DNA from: Candidatus Harpocratesius repetitus
GTDB taxonomy: Archaea; Asgardarchaeota; Lokiarchaeia; Sigyniarchaeales; Promethearchaeaceae
Length of the DNA: 32,000 nt
Assembly: GCA_021498095.1 (NCBI GenBank)
Contig: JAIZWK010000001.1
Span: 4,286,768 to 4,318,767 of the forward strand
Reading direction: 5' to 3'
In this document: one piece after another, positions 19,446 to 29,201 of the stretch
Position numbering within the stretch: position 1 is the stretch's first letter
How the letters are laid out: each line of letters starts with the position of its first letter
Notes under the pieces: generated by a model
Databases searched by the model: none
Seen by the model: the letters and a program-made list of their open reading frames with translations, nothing else
Told to the model about the DNA's origin: nothing
Translations under genes and position numbers: made by a program

Positions 19446-22400
19446 TTGAGCTCTTCAATGGAAATTCCTGAAATAATTCTTGTTTCTCCGAAATCACTTC
19501 AGCAATATGCACAAAAAACGGCCCGTAATTTGAAAAGCGGAACAGCTTCTGAAATAACTTATTATGATGACTTTAAGCAATTTTTAGAGACAATTTTCCC
19601 ACCATCAAAGGGATACTTAATTCAATCAGGTTATCACATTCCAGGATCTCAAAATAAACCAGATATGACAGTTACCTTCAATGGAATTGTATTATTTCAT
19701 ATTGAAGCTAAAAAACCTTATACACCCATAGAAGAAATTATCGCATATAAACCTGGATCACGGCTATACAATCAAATACAAAGATATCAAAACGAAGGAA
19801 CCCAAGTTCTTTTAACCGACTTTCTTAATCTCTGGATAGTTAAACCTCCGAAAGATAAATCAACAAATTCGAACAAATTGGAAAGAAATAAGGTTAAATT
19901 TCAATTTTCCTGCCGTCTTCTTGAAGAAAAAACATCACATGACCTTATTCCTGCTCAAAATGCTCCACAACATCTTCAAGAATTATTAAACATCACTTGT
20001 GCGGAACACCTTCAGAGTATCTCAAATGCAAGGAAATTAATTTATCATCTGACAAACATTGCGAAAAATATCAAAGAAAAAACAATTTCGCTTATCAATG
20101 CTCGAAAAACATTAAAGAAACTAACACCATCAGAGAAGAGTGCGGCAGATTATCTGTTACAAATCAAAGAAGATTTTGCCAAATCCATATTTAAAGAAGA
20201 ACATGAGCCAGAAACAAAGATGTTTGCAGATCTTTTTGCTCAAACCATTGTTTATGGTGCATTTTCCGCGTGGATCAAATATTCGCAGAACCAACACAAC
20301 AAACAGAATTGTTCTTTTAATCTTCAAATAGTGGGCGATTACCTCCCATTTGGAAGTTTCTTAAGGGACTTGTTTTTAAATCTGAAAAATAAGACGCCTA
20401 AAGAATTTAGGTCTCTACTGCAAGAAATGGAATTGCAATTCCAAAAAACCAAGTTTACTCCGATTATTAATAATTCTGAGACCCTAATCACTACATTCTA
20501 CAGCGATTTTCTTAGATTATATGATCCAAAAACAGCAAAGGAAAGAGGTGTAGTTTACACACCTTATGAAATTGTTCACTTTATCATTGAAGGCATTGAT
20601 TTTCTGTTAAAACGCTGGATGAATAAACCTATGGGGATTCTTTCATCAACAAAACATAAAATCATTCCTACTAAACATTTTTCTTCAATTTCCAGCACAA
20701 AATTAATTCAATCAAAATTAGATAAAAGTATTAAAAAATTCCAAATTCCCATTGATCGTTTACGAATTTTAGATCCAGCAGCTGGAACTATGGCTTTTGC
20801 TTCAGGGTTGCTCCATGTTGCTAAAGAAAAAATATCAGAAAAATTTCCAGACCAACCAAGTCTTGCTCAGCAAGAATTTCATCATTGGGTAACAAATGAA
20901 TTTTTCGAAAATGTCTATGCTTTTGAAATTTTAATGGCACCCTATGTATTAGGGCATATTCGTACATATCTATCTTTAGAAAATTTGGGGTTAACATTAA
21001 ATGCGGAAAATTATCCACTTAAATCCTACTTAATGAATACCCTTATGAGTCCTCCAAAAAATAAAGCGTTAGATGAATGGATCTTCCACAATGCTGAAAT
21101 TGGTAAAGAAATTAAAGAAGCCCTAAGAATTCGCGATGATAAAGAGATTTTCGTAATTATGGGCAATCCCCCTTATAATTTAAGCAGTCAAAACGATTGT
21201 AAATGGATAAATGAGAAAATAATGGATTACAAAGAGGGATTGCATGAACGAAATAAGAAAATCCTTTCTGATGATTACGTTAAATTCATACGATTTGCAC
21301 AATGGAAAATAGAAAAGGTAGGACGGGGAATTGTTGCATTTATCACAAATAGTCGCTATTTAGATGGTCAAATGTTTTCTGTTATGCGACAATCATTACA
21401 GAATACCTTCGATCATATTTACATAGTGAATTTACATGGGGATTATCGGAAAAAAGAAACAGGAAATCCATTTGATATAAAGGTAGGAGTCTGCATTGCG
21501 TTTATGGTTAGAATTGATAATAAAACACCAAAAAATGCCGCCATTCATTATATGGATGTTCCACACCCGACTAAAGAAGAAAAATTTCAAATATTAGGGA
21601 AGGGTTTTAATGAACGACAATTTAAACTGCTCCCACAAACACCAAAATCATATTTTATTGATATTGATACTAGTATGTTAGAGCATTATCAAAATTTTAT
21701 TCCAATTGATGAATTTTTTAAAGCGCGACCAATAAGCGGCATAATGGCAGGAAAAGATCGATTGGTCATCGATTGTGATATAGATAATCTTCATCAAAAT
21801 ATGCATGCATTTTTCAATAAAGATTATTCACAATTAGATAAATGGAAAATCCGATATAATAATACTAAATCATGGCAACGTGACCGTGTATTTCAAACAA
21901 CTAATTTTCAAAGAGCGATAAAATCCATTCGTCCCATGTTATACAGAGGTTGGGATTATCGATTTATTGTTTATGATAGATCTATTGTTGAAGGACATCG
22001 AATGGGTTATATTGATCAAATATCTCCTGAAAATCCTGCAATTACAGTAAGTAAATCTTCTCGGAAATCAAAATTCTGTACTGCTTTCATCGCCGATGAG
22101 CTTATTGAAAAATGTTATATGAGTGTAACCGATACTGCATATGCCTTTCTATTACGATATAAAGGAAAATCAAATGTAATTGTTCCAAAATTGCCATATC
22201 CAGTTAATGGAGATGCTCTTTTTTATTATATCTATGCTATCTTGCATTGCCCATTATATCGAACCAGATATGATGAACTTCTTCGCAAAGGTTTCCCACG
22301 CATCCCTATACCCAGTAAAGCACTAATATTTGAAAACCTTAGTCGTTTAGGCAAAAAATTGGCAGATCTTCACCTTTTAAAAATAACAGTAGATCCTAAA

Positions 22401-22865
22401 CTAGAAACTGCTGATATTGAACCGAAAAAATGGTTAGTGAAAGATTTTTACTTTGATAAAAGCACACAAACACTCTTTTTCGATGGAAACCCTGAAAAGA
22501 ATTCGAAGAACGTAAAAAAATCAAAAGAATCGAAGAACTCAAAAAAGAATGCTAATGGTTTCCAATCAAAAGAAATATTTAAATCAAATAGCCAAAATTC
22601 TTCTATTCCCTGGATTCGACCAATAACACTTGAAATGTGGGAATATTCAATTGGTGGAATTCCTCAAATTGCTCAATTTCTTAAAAGTCGCACATATTCC
22701 CCTATACGTAAATGGAATTCAATTCAGCGATCACTTTCTTATGAAGAACTGATGTACTTATTAAAAATGATTACAGCTATTAAGCAAAGCCTCACAGTTT
22801 TACCAGAAATTGATTCGTATTATGCAAAAATGGATATAATTGAGGAAAATAAGGATAATTTGTAA
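19446..22865 (+). CDS. Type IIG restriction-modification enzyme (fused nuclease, N6-adenine MTase and type-ISP-like target recognition domain)
   Basis: N-terminal PD...EAK nuclease motif (KPDMT...HIEAK), GVVYTP, ILDPAAGT (motif I), GNPPY (motif IV), C-terminal YRGWD.R...FPRIP...IGG. No helicase motifs. Alternative start ATG 19458. Confidence 0.88.
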   Translation: MSSSMEIPEIILVSPKSLQQYAQKTARNLKSGTASEITYYDDFKQFLETIFPPSKGYLIQSGYHIPGSQNKPDMTVTFNGIVLFHIEAKKPYTPIEEIIAYKPGSRLYNQIQRYQNEGTQVLLTDFLNLWIVKPPKDKSTNSNKLERNKVKFQFSCRLLEEKTSHDLIPAQNAPQHLQELLNITCAEHLQSISNARKLIYHLTNIAKNIKEKTISLINARKTLKKLTPSEKSAADYLLQIKEDFAKSIFKEEHEPETKMFADLFAQTIVYGAFSAWIKYSQNQHNKQNCSFNLQIVGDYLPFGSFLRDLFLNLKNKTPKEFRSLLQEMELQFQKTKFTPIINNSETLITTFYSDFLRLYDPKTAKERGVVYTPYEIVHFIIEGIDFLLKRWMNKPMGILSSTKHKIIPTKHFSSISSTKLIQSKLDKSIKKFQIPIDRLRILDPAAGTMAFASGLLHVAKEKISEKFPDQPSLAQQEFHHWVTNEFFENVYAFEILMAPYVLGHIRTYLSLENLGLTLNAENYPLKSYLMNTLMSPPKNKALDEWIFHNAEIGKEIKEALRIRDDKEIFVIMGNPPYNLSSQNDCKWINEKIMDYKEGLHERNKKILSDDYVKFIRFAQWKIEKVGRGIVAFITNSRYLDGQMFSVMRQSLQNTFDHIYIVNLHGDYRKKETGNPFDIKVGVCIAFMVRIDNKTPKNAAIHYMDVPHPTKEEKFQILGKGFNERQFKLLPQTPKSYFIDIDTSMLEHYQNFIPIDEFFKARPISGIMAGKDRLVIDCDIDNLHQNMHAFFNKDYSQLDKWKIRYNNTKSWQRDRVFQTTNFQRAIKSIRPMLYRGWDYRFIVYDRSIVEGHRMGYIDQISPENPAITVSKSSRKSKFCTAFIADELIEKCYMSVTDTAYAFLLRYKGKSNVIVPKLPYPVNGDALFYYIYAILHCPLYRTRYDELLRKGFPRIPIPSKALIFENLSRLGKKLADLHLLKITVDPKLETADIEPKKWLVKDFYFDKSTQTLFFDGNPEKNSKNVKKSKESKNSKKNANGFQSKEIFKSNSQNSSIPWIRPITLEMWEYSIGGIPQIAQFLKSRTYSPIRKWNSIQRSLSYEELMYLLKMITAIKQSLTVLPEIDSYYAKMDIIEENKDNL

Positions 22866-22876
22866 GAAAAAATCCG

Positions 22877-23899
22877 CTAATTTTTAATTATTCTAATTTT
22901 GTGCTTCCAAGGTTTTAAATTCTGCCAGCGCTGGATAACTGATGGAGGAAAAATGAGGGATAAACCTGCCAAATCACCTACAAAATCTTTAAGTTCTGAA
23001 GGAACAAATTTAACTCCTTCCGCTATTTGCCGAAATGAATGTTCAGAAATATAAGCAATAATTCTCGGTAATAAAATATCCTTATTATTCATAAACACAC
23101 TTCCACCAATAATTATTATTTCTGGATCAGTCAAGCTAATAATATCACTGAACATTATTCCCAAGTATTCAATAGTTTCATGAATCAAGGTTTTTGCTTT
23201 CGGATTTCCTTCACGGTAAAGATCAAATACTTTTTTGGTGGTCAACTCTGTTCCATCCTTAACGATTATACCTTGTTCTTTTGCTCGACGCAAAATCGAT
23301 TTCCCAGAAGCAATACTTTCAATGCATCCATGTTGGCCACAACCGCAAAGTGGACCATCTTTTTTAACAATCAGGTGTCCAATATGACCAGCGTTCTTGG
23401 ATTTTCCTTCTAAGAGATGCCCGTTTACAATAATCCCTCCACCTATGCCGGTACTTATAGTGACATAAACTAAATTAGAAAATCCTTGACCAGCCCCAAA
23501 AAGATGTTCTGCTTTAACTGAACTTACGCAATCATTAGCCAATCCATATTTACATTGAAGTCCAAAATATTCTTGTAAAGGAATAAGGTAGGGAACATCT
23601 TTCCAGTCATTTCCATCTCCAGAAATATTTGGTGTCCAAATTCGTGTTCCACGATCAACAAATGGACCTGCAGAACTTGTTCCAACTCCAAAGACTTCTT
23701 CTTTTTGAATTTGTAGTGTACTCAGTCCCAATTCGATCATTTCAATGATCTGATTGATTAATGTGGTTTCAGAACCTTTTTTTTGAGTTGGGCGGATAAT
23801 TTTAAGTAAGAATTCAGAATCAGTAGCAAAAACTACTCGAACATTTGTCCCACCAATATCAACACCAATAAAGTACTTTCTATCCACTAATTTTACCAC
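22877..23899 (-). CDS. ROK family sugar kinase (glucokinase-like)
   Basis: GVDIGGT, NDC, STGIGGG, GHIGH, CGCGQHGCIE Zn motif. GTG start at 23899, or at 23887 behind a GGTGG SD. Confidence 0.93.
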   Translation of the reverse strand: MVKLVDRKYFIGVDIGGTNVRVVFATDSEFLLKIIRPTQKKGSETTLINQIIEMIELGLSTLQIQKEEVFGVGTSSAGPFVDRGTRIWTPNISGDGNDWKDVPYLIPLQEYFGLQCKYGLANDCVSSVKAEHLFGAGQGFSNLVYVTISTGIGGGIIVNGHLLEGKSKNAGHIGHLIVKKDGPLCGCGQHGCIESIASGKSILRRAKEQGIIVKDGTELTTKKVFDLYREGNPKAKTLIHETIEYLGIMFSDIISLTDPEIIIIGGSVFMNNKDILLPRIIAYISEHSFRQIAEGVKFVPSELKDFVGDLAGLSLIFPPSVIQRWQNLKPWKHKIRIIKN

Positions 23900-23900
23900 C

Positions 23901-24602
23901 TTAACTATTACGCTTTTTACGTAGTCGAGCTAATTCTTTTTCTAAATCGAATAATTCATCATCGGGATTCTTATTTCTTTCATCAGAATCATTACTAGAT
24001 AAACCAGGTGCATCAGGAAGTTGATCAAATGCTAAATCTGGTTCGGTATTGCTACTTCCCTTTCCTTTTATTTCTCCAAATTCTTGGCGAATTTCACGCT
24101 CCCTTACTTCAATTGGATGCAATTTTTCAGCCAATTCTTCCTTTCTAATAAAAACTTGATATAATGATGCAAATGGGCCGTAACCGACATCCAATTCATT
24201 TAACATTTTTTGAATTTGAGGATTTCCTAAGGTTAATCGTAATTCACATAAATTTTTAAGCATATCATATCCAACTTCGTCAAAATTATTCATATCTTGG
24301 GCGGTAGATAATTGAAACTGCACATCATCCAGATTAGTTCTAAATTCATCTAACTTATTTGCCCACTTTCGATACAATAAAGCACTTTTCATCAATTTAA
24401 AAGCAGCATGTTTATCTCCATCCGCATAACGTTTTTGAGCTTTAGTATATGCATGTTTTCCTTGAATTTCCATTCGTTTAAACTGCCCTTCTAATTGGCG
24501 ATTGAAGATTTTCAAAGCCATAATGGTTTGTTGCACATTACTTGTCCCAAGGCGGATATTAGAGCGAGCCAACCATTTATAAAAATTTTCCACAGAGCCC
24601 AT
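23901..24602 (-). CDS. ESCRT-III / Snf7-domain protein, CHMP1/Vps46 (Vps2/24/46 class)-like
   Basis: LK...QL..Q.KR......K.....GD...A......AL.........L......DDV..QL.TAQ.M matches the CHMP1/Did2 helices 1-3 pattern. C-terminal DELFDLEKELARLRK resembles a MIM1 (CHMP1 DELSQRLARLR). Aligned from memory. Confidence 0.8.
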   Translation of the reverse strand: MGSVENFYKWLARSNIRLGTSNVQQTIMALKIFNRQLEGQFKRMEIQGKHAYTKAQKRYADGDKHAAFKLMKSALLYRKWANKLDEFRTNLDDVQFQLSTAQDMNNFDEVGYDMLKNLCELRLTLGNPQIQKMLNELDVGYGPFASLYQVFIRKEELAEKLHPIEVREREIRQEFGEIKGKGSSNTEPDLAFDQLPDAPGLSSNDSDERNKNPDDELFDLEKELARLRKKRNS

Positions 24603-24666
24603 TTTTCTCTTATATTACCTTATAGACACACACCTTTAATTTTTTCGCAAAATTGATAAGTACACG

Positions 24667-25314
24667 ATGCATAATTCTCCTAATTATATGAAATTCTTCA
24701 AAAAAGAAAAGATTTCACCTGAAATAAAGAGCCAAATATTTAATTTTGCAAAAAATTACTATGATATTTCCAATGATTTGCATGGATGGGGGCATATTCA
24801 AAGAGTATGGACAAACTGCAGAAAAATTATTGCAAATCTTAATAAGAAAGAAGAAGTTCAATTAGACCTTTTAGAGTTAGCTGTGTATCTCCATGATATT
24901 GGTCGAAAACATGAGAAATTAAGAAATAAAAATCATGCACTTATATCTGCGGATTTATCTAGGCAATTTTTAACTTCACTTTCAATTCCTGAACCAATTA
25001 TAAATGCCATAAATCACATAATCATTAGCCATTCCTTTTCATTGGGTGTGCATGCCCAAACATTAGAAGCACAGATTCTTTCTGATGCAGATAAACTTGA
25101 TGCCCTTGGATCAATAGGTATCTATAGAGTTTGTGCTTACCAAACCCTTCATGGAGGGAATATACAGTCGATCATATCACATTGTGATGAAAAATTATTA
25201 CTTTTGGATAAAAAACTTTATTTAGATGAATCTAAACGCATTGCGGCACCCCTAATGGAACAAATTCGAGATTTTAAAGAAAATTTACAAAAAGAGTCAA
25301 ATCGTTCCATTTAG
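24667..25314 (+). CDS. HD-domain phosphohydrolase
   Basis: HGWGHIQRV, YLHDIGR, H...SA, IISHS, SDADKLDALG. Confidence 0.9.
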   Translation: MHNSPNYMKFFKKEKISPEIKSQIFNFAKNYYDISNDLHGWGHIQRVWTNCRKIIANLNKKEEVQLDLLELAVYLHDIGRKHEKLRNKNHALISADLSRQFLTSLSIPEPIINAINHIIISHSFSLGVHAQTLEAQILSDADKLDALGSIGIYRVCAYQTLHGGNIQSIISHCDEKLLLLDKKLYLDESKRIAAPLMEQIRDFKENLQKESNRSI

Positions 25315-26019
25315 ATATTTTTTGCGTAATTCGGGAGGAAATTTCTCAATTGCATATCGTAACATAGTTCGTGGCATATTTTTATAATGTTGGACTAAAA
25401 AAGCTTCTTCAGTTGGGCGATGTCGATTTCCAACTTCACGCAACATCCATCCCACCGCTTTATGAATCAAATCATGCGGATGGTTCAAAAGTATTGAAGC
25501 AATTTTAAGAGTATCATCAAATTTACGCTCTTTAATGAAATATAAAGTGGTAATTATTGCTATTCGTTGCAACCATAACTCTCCACTTCGGGCAAATTCA
25601 TATAATATTGATTTATCTTTGTGCATTAGGTAAGGCCCGAGAATTTTTGGTGCAGTACCATCCACTAAATCCCAATTATTACAGTATTTAATATTTTTCA
25701 AATAAAATTGAATTACTTCATCTGCTTTCTCTTCAGATTTAGCCTTATTAAATTTCTCTACCAAAATAAAGAAGGCACATTGACGAATTTCATGATATTC
25801 ATTAGAAATAAGCGGTTGGATGTCTGATAAAGGAAGTTTTGAGTAATTTTTTGCGACTTTTCTTACGTTAGGAACCCTCACTCCTAAAAATTTATCACCC
25901 TCACCATAACCACCAGGAAATGCTTGAAAAAATTGCGGAAGCTTTTCTTTTTTCTCAGATTCACTTAAATGTTCCAATTTTTTTCGTATTTCAGACAGTA
26001 GTTCCTGTGTTTGTGCCAT
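25297..26019 (-). CDS. DNA alkylation repair protein (AlkD-like HEAT-repeat family)
   Basis: GDKFLGVRVP, NNWDLVD, LWLQR.AI, DLIHKAVGWMLRE, MPRTMLRYAIE. Confidence 0.92.
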   Translation of the reverse strand: MAQTQELLSEIRKKLEHLSESEKKEKLPQFFQAFPGGYGEGDKFLGVRVPNVRKVAKNYSKLPLSDIQPLISNEYHEIRQCAFFILVEKFNKAKSEEKADEVIQFYLKNIKYCNNWDLVDGTAPKILGPYLMHKDKSILYEFARSGELWLQRIAIITTLYFIKERKFDDTLKIASILLNHPHDLIHKAVGWMLREVGNRHRPTEEAFLVQHYKNMPRTMLRYAIEKFPPELRKKYLNGTI

Positions 26020-26052
26020 GGATTACACTTTTCCATCATTCATTCAAAATTA

Positions 26053-26718
26053 TTAAGATTTTATTTCCATTTTTTCGAGAACCAACTCTAAATAAGATTG
26101 GCGAATTGAATCTTTTTCAGAAAATCCCAATTCTTGTAAGAGATCCAATAATATGTTTGTAGCAACCTGTTTTTCATTTATTTTTTGATTTTCATCTTGT
26201 TTTAGACTCTGGTTTTGATTTTGAGATAAATTATATTCATCTTTTGCATCAGATACCATAATTTCTGCTTCCATAAAAGCTCCAGGTAATTTTTCGATGT
26301 GATCTATCAATATTTCTATATGTTTATCTTGATATTGAAGAGAAAAGACATCACGATGCTTCTCAACTTGACATCGCATTACAAAACCCACTGCTGTTAA
26401 TATTTCTTCCATCGATTTTTCATTTTGCACCATACAGATAATTTCACGGCGAGTTTTTATTATACCTGGTTCTTTAGGACCCTTATACGTTAAATCGATG
26501 TTTGTTTTGCTGGAAGGAGTATCTGAAAGAATTGTTTCTTCTGACATACGAAGGCGCAAAGCTTCATCAGTTTTGGCAAAACTTTCTCTCGGAGGTTGAG
26601 TATCAAAATATTTATCAATATGATGCAAATGAGCGATCTGTAGCGCACCTAATTCCTTCAATTTCTGTCGTAAGGCTTGTTCATCTCGTACTCTGATTTT
26701 CATTTCAACTTCCAACAT
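26053..26718 (-). CDS. cyaB: CYTH-domain protein (class IV adenylate cyclase CyaB-like)
   Basis: ExExK signature at MLEVEMK (start 26718), D.YF, ALRLR, TYKGPK, REI, V.K.R, EAE, SYLEL. Confidence 0.85.
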   Translation of the reverse strand: MLEVEMKIRVRDEQALRQKLKELGALQIAHLHHIDKYFDTQPPRESFAKTDEALRLRMSEETILSDTPSSKTNIDLTYKGPKEPGIIKTRREIICMVQNEKSMEEILTAVGFVMRCQVEKHRDVFSLQYQDKHIEILIDHIEKLPGAFMEAEIMVSDAKDEYNLSQNQNQSLKQDENQKINEKQVATNILLDLLQELGFSEKDSIRQSYLELVLEKMEIKS

Positions 26719-26825
26719 ATGTAGCTGAATTAAGGTGCCTTGGTTCAAATTTTTTTCGTTGAAATTTCGCGCAAATTCGAAAATTTTAATTTTCATAACA
26801 AATTCATAATATTAACTATAATTCC

Positions 26826-26898
26826 AGCCCCTTAGTGTAGCGGCCAAGCACTTTGGACTCTGAATCCAAAAGCGTCAGTTCGAATCTGGCAGGGGCTA
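26826..26898 (+). tRNA. tRNA-Gln (anticodon CUG), no intron, CCA not encoded
   Basis: Acceptor stem AGCCCCT/AGGGGCT plus A, D arm GTGT/GCAC, anticodon arm TTTGGA-CT-CTG-AA-TCCAAA, T arm GTCAG-TTCGAAT-CTGGC. Confidence 0.97.
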
Positions 26899-27018
26899 TT
26901 AAAGTATTACTTTTATTTACATTATATTCCTTCTCATGCAAGATTTGAATAATATTATCTTTTTTCATAGTTTTTATAAAATTGAAATCTTTTTGAAAGG
27001 CATTTCATTACAAGTAAT

Positions 27019-28230
27019 ATGGTCAAAATTACACCAATTTCCCCATATTTACCCATAAACCCAGAAGAATTTTGCACAAACCCATATGATGTCATTGGGA
27101 AAGAAGAAGAACATCAATTAAAAAAAAATCCTAACTCACTTGTACATCTTATTCTTCCTGAGGGTGAAGGTGAAGAAATATATAAAGATGCTAAAAAAGC
27201 CTACGAACGTTTCAAAGCAGAAAATTTGATTAAAAAAGCCGCACAACCAAGCATTTTTGTGTATAGGCAAGAATCTCCCGAATTTAGCCAAGAAGGTCTT
27301 ATAATGGGTGTTGCGCTTCAGGATTATGAAGATGGAAATATAGTCAGACATGAACATACTCGTGAGAAACCATTGAAAGATCGAACCAAGCATATTGCTA
27401 CAATAAAAGCGGCAACTGGATTAGTCTGGAATGTTTTTCAAGCAGACGCAGAGATAAAAAAACTAATTGAGCAAATGAAACAAACAACACCAAAATTCGA
27501 TTTTCACATGAAAGGTTATCGCCAGTTATTATGGCAAATTACAGATGAAAAGATCATTACAAACCTGAAAGAACTATTTGCAGATCGGAAAATATTTATT
27601 GCTGATGGTCATCATAGGGCAGCCAGTGCAGCAGAATATCGAAAAATGAAACTGGCAGAAGGTGCAGATCCAAACAGTGAACATTCATGGCAATACCTGA
27701 TGACATACGTTTCTTCTGATGATCAAATTTGGATTTTACCATATAATCGGGTTATCCGAAAGTTACCAATGTCAAAAGATGAATTTATCGAGAAATTGAG
27801 GGAAGTATTCACAATTGAATTGGTGGAAAAAGCCTTTAATCCTGATAAAAAACATGTAATGGCAATTTGTGTTCAAGGACAATGGCTGAAAGCAACAGTT
27901 AAAGATCAAAACTTTACCGATCCACGAGACGCATTAGATGTTGCAATTTTGCAAGATCGCGTATTAGATCCAATTTTAGGAATAAAAGATATCCGTAACG
28001 ACAAGAATATCTTTTTCGTAGGTGAAGTGAAATATTATCGAAATCCCGAATTAATGAAGACAGAATTTATTGAAAAACAAGGTAATGACGTATTCTTTAA
28101 CTTGTTTGCGGTAGATATTCATGATATTGAAAAAATCGGTGGTGCAGGTGGAGTAATGCCTCCTAAAAGCACCTGGTTTGAACCTAAATTGTTATCTGGA
28201 TTGGCAATCTATCCTCTTGATGAAGATTGA
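27019..28230 (+). CDS. DUF1015 family protein (ParB-like fold)
   Basis: PYDVI, HEHT...P..DR, IADGHHR, MPPKSTWFEPKL.SGL. Confidence 0.9.
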   Translation: MVKITPISPYLPINPEEFCTNPYDVIGKEEEHQLKKNPNSLVHLILPEGEGEEIYKDAKKAYERFKAENLIKKAAQPSIFVYRQESPEFSQEGLIMGVALQDYEDGNIVRHEHTREKPLKDRTKHIATIKAATGLVWNVFQADAEIKKLIEQMKQTTPKFDFHMKGYRQLLWQITDEKIITNLKELFADRKIFIADGHHRAASAAEYRKMKLAEGADPNSEHSWQYLMTYVSSDDQIWILPYNRVIRKLPMSKDEFIEKLREVFTIELVEKAFNPDKKHVMAICVQGQWLKATVKDQNFTDPRDALDVAILQDRVLDPILGIKDIRNDKNIFFVGEVKYYRNPELMKTEFIEKQGNDVFFNLFAVDIHDIEKIGGAGGVMPPKSTWFEPKLLSGLAIYPLDED

Positions 28231-28385
28231 TATGATAATTAAGCAATATTAAAAAAAAATAAAAAATTAAGGATAATTTCAGAACTTAATTAGTTCTTTT
28301 TTTATTCTTATTCTTCTTTCTGATGAAATTTAAAATTCATTAAGCTGCTTCAATTAATTTTTCCAATCATTTAATCAGCATTATT

Positions 28386-28997
28386 TTAATCTTCGTCATC
28401 TTCGTCATCTTCAGTTACATTTTCATCCTCATCAAGAGGGGAAAATACAACAATAATAGTTATGATAGAATAATTCCAATCATCAGAATCATCGGATAAT
28501 AATTTATCTTGATAAGTAAGCACAGAGAAATTTGAGAAATCAGATCTCTTCATTCTCCATTCACAGAAACCAAATGTATCAGGTTTAGTATTGAAGATCT
28601 TTAAAAGAGCTTTATATACTTGAGATGTAATTATTTTTTTATCAAAATAACGGAACACTTTAGAGGCAACATTATAATTAGAAGCAATAATATCTCTTAG
28701 GCAATTTTGATCTCTGCAAGATTCTAGATCAACTTTTGTATCATAACGAAAGAGAATCTCACTATCAAATGGTAAAGAATCTTCATCATCCAAATCTTCT
28801 TCATCAAGTTCATTGTTATGTTCTTCTATATTATTATCATTTTGTTTTTTTGATAAAAAATACATGGCTTTGATGAATTCTTGAATATCATCTTCATCGA
28901 TTTTCCACAATAAATCGGAAGGATTTAAATAACCATTCCTCCATCCGAAATCAGCAAGATCTATGATCTCTTCTTTTTCAATATATATTTTTTTCAT
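28386..28997 (-). CDS. Hypothetical, strongly acidic protein
   Basis: 203-aa ORF with upstream GGAG SD; D/E-rich tracts (ELDEEDLDDEDS; EDENVTEDDEDDED). Confidence 0.75.
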   Translation of the reverse strand: MKKIYIEKEEIIDLADFGWRNGYLNPSDLLWKIDEDDIQEFIKAMYFLSKKQNDNNIEEHNNELDEEDLDDEDSLPFDSEILFRYDTKVDLESCRDQNCLRDIIASNYNVASKVFRYFDKKIITSQVYKALLKIFNTKPDTFGFCEWRMKRSDFSNFSVLTYQDKLLSDDSDDWNYSIITIIVVFSPLDEDENVTEDDEDDED

Positions 28998-29201
28998 GTT
29001 AAGAATCTCCTTTTTGTACTACTATATTTCATATATCTGAAATGTAAGTTTGGTAATGGAAGGACGAAGCCATTATTTAAAAATGACAACATCATAGCGA
29101 TTTACTAAATCTTCCATTGAGATTCTCTAAAAATATTGAATATATAATGGTTTTGAAATAATACACAAATTTTTTTCATATGAAAAAAAAATTTTTTTTA
29201 G

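Noticed and set aside
26826-26898. tRNA-Gln as an integration site
   Set aside because: No integrase nearby and no duplicated tRNA 3' end seen in the window.
29170-29189. 20-bp palindrome TTTTTTTCATATGAAAAAAA
   Set aside because: Mostly homopolymer arms around a 6-bp core; not distinguishable from chance in this composition.
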